A stretch of 64,000 bases of DNA from Deltaproteobacteria bacterium (GTDB taxonomy: Bacteria > Desulfobacterota > Syntrophia > Syntrophales > UBA2210). Positions 56,398 to 64,000 of this stretch are shown in pieces. How positions within the stretch are numbered: the first letter of the stretch is position 1; each line of letters opens with the position of its first letter. The DNA lies in contig JAFGGB010000092.1 in the NCBI GenBank assembly GCA_016930775.1, positions 1,474-65,473 on the forward strand. The letters run 5' to 3'. The notes below the pieces were generated by a model that had not been told where the DNA came from, made no database searches, and saw only the letters and a program-made list of their open reading frames with translations. The position numbers were made by a program, and so were the translations under genes.

Positions 56398-56793
56398 TCA
56401 GGGCCGGCGAGCCCGATTGTACCACCTGTCGATCTTCTCAAAGGCGCCATCGACGGAATTAAATAGAGTATCCAGCTGAAGAGGTTTCTGAAAATAATCG
56501 TCGAAGCCCGCTTCACGGCATTCCTCGATCTCGAAGAGCCCGGCCCAGCCTGTCATGGCATAAATTACGGGTACGGGGTGGAAACGCCTGATTTGACGAC
56601 AAAGATCTATGCCGTTCATCCCGAAAAGCTTCAGATCAAGGAAGATGACTTCGGTTTTTTCCCTATTCTGAATCCCTATGGCATCGTTGGCATTTTCGGC
56701 AAGATAAACTTTGTAACCCTGATCGCTCAATGCGTCATACATCAATTGCCGGATAGATATTTCATCATCCACCACAAGTATCTTACGCTCCAT
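56398..56793 (-). CDS. Single-domain response regulator
   Basis: KILVVDDEISIRQLMYDAL...VIFLDLKLFGMNG...IYAMTGW...DDYFQKPL. Confidence 0.85.
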   Translation of the reverse strand: MERKILVVDDEISIRQLMYDALSDQGYKVYLAENANDAIGIQNREKTEVIFLDLKLFGMNGIDLCRQIRRFHPVPVIYAMTGWAGLFEIEECREAGFDDYFQKPLQLDTLFNSVDGAFEKIDRWYNRARRP

Positions 56794-56901
56794 CGACGGA
56801 CCGGTCCCTTCGGCTGGATCAATTTTTTAAGATATTCCTATATCAGGAACGGAATCATGTCAATAGTCGAAATGATTTCAAAGGTTTCGTAAGAAGCATC
56901 C

Positions 56902-58812
56902 CTATCCCTCCCGCCGATGTAAATGTTCGTAAATCAGCGCCGCCAAGGCTGGACCGACTCCGGGGACTTCCGAGAATCTGCTCTCGGCTGCATTGCGGAG
57001 AATATCCATCGATTTGAAATGGCGAAGAATCGCCTTTTTTTTCGACGGGCCGACTCCGGGAACGGCATCGAGAAGGGATGAAAAATCCTTTCGTTCCTTC
57101 AGTCTTCGATGATACGCAACGGCGAAACGGTGCGCCTCGTCTCGGATGCGCTGGAGTAAAAGGAGGGCAGGCGATCCCGGCGGCAGTACGATGGCATTTT
57201 TTCTGCCGGGTCGGTAGATGCGGTCAACGGTTCCGGCATCCATTGATGTTTTTGTGCGTCGGTCCCTCGGCTCTTTCGCTATGCCGACCAGGTTCTGCCG
57301 TTCGATTCCGAGGTCTCTGAAAACGCGGACAGCCGCGTTCAACTGGCCCCGTCCTCCATCGACGACCACAAGATCGGGCCGCTCGCCCGGTCCGGAGAAG
57401 CGGCGCCTGAGCACTTCATACATCATGGCGCAGTCGTCGAGGCTTTCTTTCGTTCGTATTCTGTACCGACGATACCGTTCCTTGTCGGGCATGCCGCCCG
57501 AGAAGGCAACGCAGGAACCAACAGAACTCTGTCCCGCCAGTGTCGATATGTCGAAACACTCCATCCGTCGGGGCGTCCCTTTTAGATCGAGCAGCCGGGC
57601 CAGTTGCTCAAGGAGGCTCGTGCGATTGTCCTCTTCGTTTGTTTCCTTTCCCAGAAGGGCCGCAGCGTTGTCCATTGCCATCCTGAGAAGCTCTAATTTC
57701 CGGCCTCGTTTCGGTATGACGAGAGAGACTCTTTTTTTCTTTTTCTCCGAAAGCCACTCGGCGATTACCGGACCATCCTCGACGGAATGAGGCAGAATAA
57801 CCTCGTCGGGAACCGGCCTGTCTCCATGGTAATATTGCTTCAGTATGGCCGCCGCAACATCGGTCGTCTCTTCTCTCGTGGAAAAGGAGGGCATGCTGTA
57901 CTGGCCGGCGATCGCGCCCCGGCGGACAAAGAGTACAAGCGGCTGGACCCGGGCGCCGTTGCGGGACACTGCGAAAATGTCGCAGTCGCTTACGGATGGA
58001 GCGACGACCCTCTGTTTTTCCAGCGTCACTTCTATTGCGGCAATGCGATCCCTGAGAGATGCGGCTCGTTCATACTCAAGGGCTTCCGCGGCAACGGCCA
58101 TCCGCCTTCGAAGGTCGCCGAGAAGTCGTGCGCTCTTTCCCTCCAGGAAGAGCAGGGCGTCCTGAAGAAGTTCCCTGTAGTCTTCCTCGGCAACCCGTCC
58201 GCAACAGGGTCCAAGGCATCGTCCTATCTGAAACTCCATGCAGGGACGCCTTCTCTGTATGAAATGCCGCTCCTTGCAGGTCCGCAACGGAACTGCCTGA
58301 TGGAGGAATCGAAGAGTCTCCTTCACGGAGGCGCTTGACGAATAGGGCCCGAAGTAACGAGCTCCGTCCTGTTTCATTCGCCGCACAAGTTCAAAACGTG
58401 GGAAGGGCGTCCTGCTGTCCATGCGGATAACGTAAAAGTTCTTGTCGTCCTTGAGATTGACGTTATATCGGGGCTTGTAACGCTTGATTAATGTGTTTTC
58501 AAGAATAAGCGCTTCTTTGTCGGTCCTGGTGACCATGAATTCGATGTCGCTTATTTTTGTTACGAGATAGGGAATCATCGGGCGGCTGTCGCCTTCTCCG
58601 AAATAGCTGCGGACTCTGCTTCGAAGATCCTTGGCCTTCCCCACGTAAATCACCTGACCGCCCCGATCCTTCATGATATAGACGCCCGGCATCCTCGGCG
58701 CTCCATCCGCCAGGTTTGCCGGGTCGGGGAAACTCTTGGTTGCTTCGACTCCGCCGTCAAATTTGCTCGTATGTCCTTTTTCCCCGTTCAATTTTTTACC
58801 TTTTATCCCCAA
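56902..58812 (-). CDS. uvrC: Excinuclease ABC subunit C
   Basis: GIY-YIG domain ([30 protein letters not shown]), UVR domain, and C-terminal (HhH)2. The exact start is uncertain; the listed one overlaps the uvrB stop by 10 nt. Confidence 0.95.
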   Translation of the reverse strand: MGIKGKKLNGEKGHTSKFDGGVEATKSFPDPANLADGAPRMPGVYIMKDRGGQVIYVGKAKDLRSRVRSYFGEGDSRPMIPYLVTKISDIEFMVTRTDKEALILENTLIKRYKPRYNVNLKDDKNFYVIRMDSRTPFPRFELVRRMKQDGARYFGPYSSSASVKETLRFLHQAVPLRTCKERHFIQRRRPCMEFQIGRCLGPCCGRVAEEDYRELLQDALLFLEGKSARLLGDLRRRMAVAAEALEYERAASLRDRIAAIEVTLEKQRVVAPSVSDCDIFAVSRNGARVQPLVLFVRRGAIAGQYSMPSFSTREETTDVAAAILKQYYHGDRPVPDEVILPHSVEDGPVIAEWLSEKKKKRVSLVIPKRGRKLELLRMAMDNAAALLGKETNEEDNRTSLLEQLARLLDLKGTPRRMECFDISTLAGQSSVGSCVAFSGGMPDKERYRRYRIRTKESLDDCAMMYEVLRRRFSGPGERPDLVVVDGGRGQLNAAVRVFRDLGIERQNLVGIAKEPRDRRTKTSMDAGTVDRIYRPGRKNAIVLPPGSPALLLLQRIRDEAHRFAVAYHRRLKERKDFSSLLDAVPGVGPSKKKAILRHFKSMDILRNAAESRFSEVPGVGPALAALIYEHLHRREG

Positions 58813-60803
58813 AGGCCTACTTCCGTCGCCATGCGGGAAAGAGCCCTAATTTCATCTCGAAGTCCCGCCGCCCGTTCAAAATCGAGTTTTTGCGCCGCCT
58901 CCTTCATCTCCTCTTCGAGCCGCTTTATCGTCGCAGTCGGATTTTCCTCTCCGCCATAGCCCGCCAGCCGTTCCGAAACCGGTACGGTTACATAATCAGC
59001 CTCATAGATGGAGGCCAGCACGTCAGTTATCGACTTTTTGATCGTCTCGGGAGTTATGCCGTTCCGTTCATTAAACAGCCGCTGGATATCTCGACGCCGA
59101 GCCGTTTCATCGATGCATCGGCGCATGGAATCGGTAATGCGGTCCGCATACATGAGAACCGTCCCGTTCACGTTGCGAGCGGCCCTGCCGCTCGTCTGGA
59201 TGAGCGATCGCGCCGACCTTAGAAAGCCCTCCTTGTCTGCGTCAAGAATTGCCACCAGAGAAACCTCGGGAATGTCAAGCCCCTCCCTGAGGAGATTAAC
59301 GCCGATGATTCCGTCGTATATGCCGAGCCTGAGGTCCCTGATAACAGCCACTCTCTCCAGCGTCTTCACGTCGGAGTGAAGATAGGCAACCTTGAGTCCC
59401 AGATTGCGATAGTACTCGGCAAGATGCTCGGCCATACGTTTCGTCAATGTTGTAACGAGCACTCTCTCCGAACGCTCCACCCTTCGACGGATCTCGCCGT
59501 AGAGATCGTCGACCTGCTCCGCCGCGGGACGAACCGTTATCTGAGGGTCCATGAGGCCCGTGGGCCTGATGATCTGTTCGACAACCGACTCCCGGGCTTT
59601 CCGGAGTTCATAGTCAGCCGGCGTAGCCGAGACATAAATTTTCTGACAGGCGATGGCCTCAACCTCCTCGAACATAAGGGGACGATTATCCAGTGCCGAT
59701 GGAAGGCGGAATCCATATTCCACGAGCGTTTCCTTCCTCGATCGGTCGCCCCGGTACATGCCCTGAAGCTGTGGAATCGTCACATGGCTTTCGTCGATAA
59801 AAAGCAGGGCGTCCTCCGGAAGGTATTCCATCAGGGTAGGCGGAGGTTCGCCGGGTTTCCGGCCGGTCAGGTGCCTGGAGTAGTTCTCTATGCCCTGGCA
59901 GTATCCCATCTCTTCGATCATTTCGAGATCGAATCGGGTCCGCTGTTCCAGTCGCTGGGCTTCCAAGTGCTTGCTGTGGGCATTGAAGACGGCGAGCCGG
60001 TCGACCAGTTCCTCCCTGATGTTCCCCATGGCGACCTTCAGCGTCTCCCGGCTCGTGACGTAGTGGCTGCCCGGATAGACGGTCTCGCTCGTCTTCCGCT
60101 GTATTCTTTTTCCCCGGAGAGGATCAACCATGAAGAGTCCCTCGACGATGTCGCCGAAGAATTCCACCCTCAAGGCGCGATCTTCCTCGTACGCGGGGAA
60201 AATCTCCACCACATCTCCCCGGACGCGAAAGGACCCTCGGTGAAAATCGACGTCGTTTCTTTCGTATTGCATATCAACCAACTGTCGGAGCATGTCGTTG
60301 CGACGGAATTCAAGTCCCTCGAACAGCGTCAGCCGCATGCCCGAATAGCTCTCGGGAGAACCGAGACCGTAAATGCATGATACGCTGGCCACTATTATGA
60401 CATCGCGTCGCGAAAGGAGAGAGCGGGTGGCCGAATGACGGAGTTTGTCGATATCGTCGTTTATGGAGGCATCCTTCTCGATATACGTATCAGTGCTCGG
60501 AATATAGGCTTCAGGCTGGTAGTAATCATAGTAACTCACGAAATACTCGACGGCGTTGTCTGGAAAGAGCAGGCTGAATTCGTTGAAAAGCTGGGCGGCG
60601 AGGGTTTTATTGGGCGCGATGACGAGAGTCGTGCGCTGCATCCTTTCTATAACATTAGCCATGGTAAAGGTCTTGCCTGAACCGGTAACGCCGAGCAATA
60701 CCTGATGAGCGGCGGCTGCGGCAACGCCCTCGCAGAGCTTTTCGATAGCCAGGGGCTGGTCGCCGGCGGGACGAAATTCGGAGCGAAGGTTGAATCTATT
60801 CAT
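58803..60803 (-). CDS. uvrB: Excinuclease ABC subunit B
   Basis: [23 protein letters not shown]..., [12 protein letters not shown], and a C-terminal UVR domain. I chose the start at MNRF (60803); the ORF track start is 60827. Confidence 0.96.
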   Translation of the reverse strand: MNRFNLRSEFRPAGDQPLAIEKLCEGVAAAAAHQVLLGVTGSGKTFTMANVIERMQRTTLVIAPNKTLAAQLFNEFSLLFPDNAVEYFVSYYDYYQPEAYIPSTDTYIEKDASINDDIDKLRHSATRSLLSRRDVIIVASVSCIYGLGSPESYSGMRLTLFEGLEFRRNDMLRQLVDMQYERNDVDFHRGSFRVRGDVVEIFPAYEEDRALRVEFFGDIVEGLFMVDPLRGKRIQRKTSETVYPGSHYVTSRETLKVAMGNIREELVDRLAVFNAHSKHLEAQRLEQRTRFDLEMIEEMGYCQGIENYSRHLTGRKPGEPPPTLMEYLPEDALLFIDESHVTIPQLQGMYRGDRSRKETLVEYGFRLPSALDNRPLMFEEVEAIACQKIYVSATPADYELRKARESVVEQIIRPTGLMDPQITVRPAAEQVDDLYGEIRRRVERSERVLVTTLTKRMAEHLAEYYRNLGLKVAYLHSDVKTLERVAVIRDLRLGIYDGIIGVNLLREGLDIPEVSLVAILDADKEGFLRSARSLIQTSGRAARNVNGTVLMYADRITDSMRRCIDETARRRDIQRLFNERNGITPETIKKSITDVLASIYEADYVTVPVSERLAGYGGEENPTATIKRLEEEMKEAAQKLDFERAAGLRDEIRALSRMATEVGLWG

Positions 60804-60929
60804 GGAAGCTGCGGCACTCAAACACATCTGGTATAGTGTTTGCAGCTATACCACAGAGATTCGTTGAAAGACAATCTTCTCTAAATGAAGATGCATTACT
60901 GAAACATGAGGACTCTTCATCCTTTTTTC

Positions 60930-60974
60930 TTGACAGGAGGCATCTATTTCATTACAAGAGCTTAAATTTATAAT
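60930..60974 (+). promoter_or_regulatory. Candidate sigma-70 promoter region for the Rrf2 gene
   Basis: TTGACA (60930-60935) with a 17-nt spacer to TACAAG, and a perfect TATAAT at 60969-60974, 35 nt before the ATG. Which pair is used cannot be decided from sequence. Confidence 0.3.
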
Positions 60975-61009
60975 CCGGATCACAATAGTCATATAGAAAG
61001 GCCGGCATC

Positions 61010-61501
61010 ATGAAAATATCGACGAAAGGGCGGTACGCAACACGGGCTCTTCTCGATCTGGCTCTCTGCACGGAGCTCCGGCAGCGCCCCTGCTCGATCA
61101 AGGATATATCGGAAAAAGAATCCATATCAGGCCTGTATCTAACGCAGATCTTCGCCAAATTGAAAGCCGCCGGTCTTATCAGGAGCGTCCGGGGTTCCCA
61201 GGGAGGATTCTTTCTTAGAAAAGACCCCGCTGACATCCGCATCATCGATATACTCACGTCAGTCGAGGGAAACACATCCCTCGCGGACTGCATCGACGAT
61301 CCTGGTCTCTGCGAGAAATCTCCTGAATGCGTTACCCGGATTCTCTGGCACAAGGCTCAACGGGCCATGGAAGGCGTTCTGGAATCGACGACTCTTGCCG
61401 ACCTGCTCCAGCGGAGAATAGACATTATTAATAATCACCGTAAAATCAGCGGCATTGAACCACACTATCCTCTTAACACCAAGGATGCAACCTCACGATA
61501 G
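61010..61501 (+). CDS. Rrf2-family transcriptional regulator (IscR/NsrR-like, Cys-containing)
   Basis: MKISTKGRYATRALLDLA... winged HTH ...ISGLYLTQIFAKLKAAGLIRSVRGSQGGFFL and the Cys cluster C-x7-C-x5-C (ADCIDDPGLCEKSPEC). Confidence 0.9.
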   Translation: MKISTKGRYATRALLDLALCTELRQRPCSIKDISEKESISGLYLTQIFAKLKAAGLIRSVRGSQGGFFLRKDPADIRIIDILTSVEGNTSLADCIDDPGLCEKSPECVTRILWHKAQRAMEGVLESTTLADLLQRRIDIINNHRKISGIEPHYPLNTKDATSR

Positions 61502-61545
61502 CCTGTGCAGCGTTTTTTTATTAATCACCCAACAAGGAGTTCAGA

Positions 61546-62601
61546 ATGATTCTATTTGTTAAGAAAAAGATCCCGATGCTTACAATAATGACATCAATAG
61601 CGCTTATTGTTGCAACCATAGCCGGCCTTGGTCAGGTAACGCCAGCTGCCGCCAGTTGATCGGATCCATGGCTGACCGTGGCAGTCAGTCCTACAGGCGG
61701 CGGCGGCGTAAAAATCGACGATATCGTCCGATCAAGCGTCCAGGTGACCGACAATACATACCACGCATTCAAGGCGGAGCCGGCGGCAGGCTATATATTC
61801 TCACACTGGAGCGGAGACTTGGCTGGCTCGGAAAATCCCCAAACGATTCTTGTCACCTGCGATAAATACATTACTGCGCACTTCGAAGCGTCACAAACCA
61901 CCTATGAGTATTACATTCCCTACTATCGAGCGGAGGATCCTTCATCAGCAGCGGATGGATTCTATTCATCCCTTGCCCTCCGGAACAGCAGCGCCGGCTC
62001 TGCAGCGACGGTCACCGTGGCGGCCTACGAGAGCGACGGGACGGCGGTGCCCTTGGCGGCGGAATTCACCGACTTTTCGATCAGCCCCTCGGGCCAGTGG
62101 GCCCGGGTGCTTCCCCAAATCGATGTGGAGGGCTGGGTCCTCGTCACATCGACGGCGCCCTTGACGGGTCTCGCCTGGGTGGGAACGCTGGATGAAAGCT
62201 GGCCGCGTCTCATGGCTGACGTCTCGCTCATCGGCGAACTGAACTCCGCCCTTATCGTGCCTCACGTGGCTCAGACAATCTCGGGGTGCTACACGGACGG
62301 CGGATGGTCCACCAAGGTCAACATTTGCAATCCTCACGCAACGACAACAACTGTCACCCTCGCGTACTACACGACGTCCGGCGCAAATCCCCATGCGACA
62401 ACCTTCTCGATTCCCGCCAACGGCAGCGTCAGCTACAATCTTGACTCACTGCTGCCGACGACTCAGTGCTTCTATGACGGCAGCATGGCGATCTCGGCGA
62501 CACAGGCCGTCGCCGCCTTCGCTCTCTATTACGACGTGGACAAGGTCCCCGGCGCCGACGGAACCTGCTACGCAGGCATCAGCGCAGTGGGGCTACAATA
62601 A
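61546..62601 (+). CDS. Secreted repeat-domain protein interrupted by an in-frame TGA at 61657-61659 (recoding or pseudogene)
   Basis: AAGGAG SD plus an ATG at 61546 gives the signal peptide MILFVKKKIPMLTIMTSIALIVATIAGLGQVTPAAAS. A TGA follows, then the same frame continues SDPWLTVAVSPTGGGGVKIDD...GYIFSHWSGDL...ITAHF to 62601. Confidence 0.55.
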
Positions 62602-62652
62602 GAATGACTATAAACAATTACTATTATTTTTGCAGATGGAGGATACAGGCAA

Positions 62653-63357
62653 GTGAAAGATAGTTTGATAAAGAAACATGTAATCGCGCTGATGGTAATT
62701 CTATTTGCCGCATGTATTCCCTTGCATGCTCTGGCGATGTCATGCCTGGAGGGAGAGTGTGAAAACGGCTCAGGCAAAATGATATGGCCGAACGGTCAGC
62801 TCTACACGGGCGACTTTAAAAATGGCCTCCCTCACGGCAAGGGAACAATGGTGTATCCCAACAAAAAGGACGGCGATCGTACCTGGCTCACCGGCGGAAA
62901 ATACACCGGAGACTTCAAAAACGGCAAAAAGGAAGGCTTCGGCGTCTTCGATTACAAGAGTGGGTGGATCTATGAGGGTCCCTTCAAAAATGACATTAAA
63001 CACGGCAAGGGCAAATTAACGTTCAAATCGGGCGCTGTCTATGAAGGTGATTTTGCAGACGACAAATTTAATGGAATCGGGCAGATGAAGAATTCAGACG
63101 GAAGCTCCTATCGAGGAGAATTCAAAAACGGCATGCCCAATGGAAAAGGCATTTTCTCTTTTGCGGATGGGAAACGCTATGAAGGCTATATTAAAGACAA
63201 TTTCATCGAAGGAACTGGGACGATGACCTTCCCCGACGGCCGGAAATATTCGGGAGAATTCTCAAAAAACAAAATAGAGGGGAAGGGAACGATGGTTTAT
63301 CCCGACGGAAAAAAGGAAACAGGTGTTTTCAAAGATGGAATCCTTACAACCAAATAG
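62653..63357 (+). CDS. Secreted MORN-repeat protein
   Basis: Signal peptide, then about 8 tandem repeats of the YxGxFxNGxxxGxGxxxxxxG type (for example YTGDFKNGLPHGKGTMVYPN, YEGPFKNDIKHGKGKLTF). Confidence 0.85.
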   Translation: MKDSLIKKHVIALMVILFAACIPLHALAMSCLEGECENGSGKMIWPNGQLYTGDFKNGLPHGKGTMVYPNKKDGDRTWLTGGKYTGDFKNGKKEGFGVFDYKSGWIYEGPFKNDIKHGKGKLTFKSGAVYEGDFADDKFNGIGQMKNSDGSSYRGEFKNGMPNGKGIFSFADGKRYEGYIKDNFIEGTGTMTFPDGRKYSGEFSKNKIEGKGTMVYPDGKKETGVFKDGILTTK

Positions 63358-63358
63358 C

Positions 63359-63868
63359 ATGAACAGAAGATTATACGGCGGTTCGGCGGCAGTGTTCTTT
63401 ACAGCCCTTATGTTAACTATGGCGGCTGCGCTTCCATCAGTCGCCTTCTGGGGCTCCTATGGTTCGCTGGATCAGAGCGACGAAGCGGTTACGTCTCTTG
63501 AATCACCGACCAATACAGAGAACTGCAACTTTTACATCAAGGTTCTTAACTCAGGCGAGCCTTATGCGCTTGCAGCCCTTTGCAACGGTCATCGCCTCGA
63601 CACGTCGACCTGGAAGAATCTTTCGAATGGGAAAGAGAACCTCGCAGCCATTATTGCACAGATCAAGAAATTGGCTCAGGAAGCAAACAAGATGGCCTCG
63701 GGGGCGCACATTCGGAATGACACGGGTAAAATTATCGGAGAATGGTTCTCCCTTGTAAACGATGTGATCATAAAATTGGATGAAACGAGCATCGTTGAGA
63801 TTTACGAACGGACGCCCGTCGATCTCAAGGGCCTCAACCAAGGCAGTGGCGGCGGTGGCGGCGGGTGA
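63359..63868 (+). CDS. Hypothetical secreted protein with a C-terminal poly-Gly tail
   Basis: The ATG at 63359 lies 2 nt after the MORN gene stop. Signal-like AAVFFTALMLTMAAALPSVAFW. The protein ends ...NQGSGGGGGG. Confidence 0.5.
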   Translation: MNRRLYGGSAAVFFTALMLTMAAALPSVAFWGSYGSLDQSDEAVTSLESPTNTENCNFYIKVLNSGEPYALAALCNGHRLDTSTWKNLSNGKENLAAIIAQIKKLAQEANKMASGAHIRNDTGKIIGEWFSLVNDVIIKLDETSIVEIYERTPVDLKGLNQGSGGGGGG

Positions 63869-64000
63869 GGCTGTTAGTTGGGATCTGTATGATCCCATAA
63901 AACAAAGAGCGTGCTGCCAGGCTTGCTTGGCATTGACTGCACCTGCCAGCAAAAAGAATAGTCGATCAACAGTGTCAAAAATAATGCTCCCGCCTGCCCG

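Noticed and set aside
56858-56863. A TTGACA (minus strand) upstream of the orphan receiver gene, considered as a sigma-70 -35 box.
   Set aside because: The best -10 candidates are TATAGG at 15-nt spacing and TAGGAA at 17 nt. Both are poor.
61502-61520. A T7 run after the Rrf2 stop, considered as an intrinsic terminator.
   Set aside because: I could not find a stable G/C stem immediately upstream of the T-run; the best is 3-4 bp.
61657-61659. TGA reassigned as a sense codon (an alternative genetic code).
   Set aside because: Many well-defined genes in the window end at TGA exactly where the family alignment ends, including flaG, fliS, the SPOR-TPR protein and the kinase-like protein. The standard code applies.

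Overview
About 1-56.8 kb of this window is one flagellar and chemotaxis supercluster, almost all of it on the minus strand. It is followed by uvrC-uvrB, an Rrf2 regulator and three secreted or unknown proteins. I recognised these from protein motifs in the ORF track:
- Plus strand at the left edge: fliD (5' truncated), fliS, flaG.
- Minus strand, listed in ascending coordinates (each operon is transcribed right to left): fliW, csrA, flgL, flgK, flgN-like, flgM, flgJ (rod-binding domain only), flgI, flgH, flgA, flgG, flgF. Then a block of six poorly characterised genes. Then a fliL-like paralog, fliA, flhG, flhF, flhA, flhB, fliR, fliQ, fliP, fliO, fliN, fliM, fliL, two motB-like genes, motA. 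Then flgE, flgD, fliK. Then a ylxF/motE-like gene, fliJ, fliI, fliH, fliG, fliF, fliE, flgC, flgB.
- A FlrBC-like histidine kinase and sigma-54 activator pair preceded by a SPOR-TPR protein, plus a second receiver-type sigma-54 activator.
- A plus-strand c-di-GMP module: small ORF, REC-GAF-HD-GYP, PilZ.
- A cheR-cheD-cheY-cheX-cheB-cheA-cheY-cheX operon.

Reading the intergenic DNA directly, I found:
- Five good sigma-54 (-24/-12) promoter matches, in front of flgF, motA, flgB, the SPOR-TPR operon and the PilZ gene.
- Two good sigma-28 promoter matches (flaG and the HD-GYP operon) and one weaker one.
- Two clear intrinsic terminators.

I saw no rRNA, tRNA, CRISPR array, transposase or integrase.

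I found no defence-like or otherwise clearly new system. The points most worth a second look:
1. An in-frame TGA that separates a signal peptide from its mature domain, with a small hairpin just downstream.
2. A translationally coupled FliK-C-like plus FlhB-C-like gene pair inside the flagellar operon.
3. A degenerate histidine kinase and a FliL paralog directly behind fliA.
4. Tandem MotB paralogs, one of which lacks the channel Asp.
5. Sigma-28 and sigma-54 wiring of an HD-GYP/PilZ module.

All family names come from motif recognition by eye; no database search was run. The host looks like a Desulfobacterota or deltaproteobacterium-type organism, but that is inference only.
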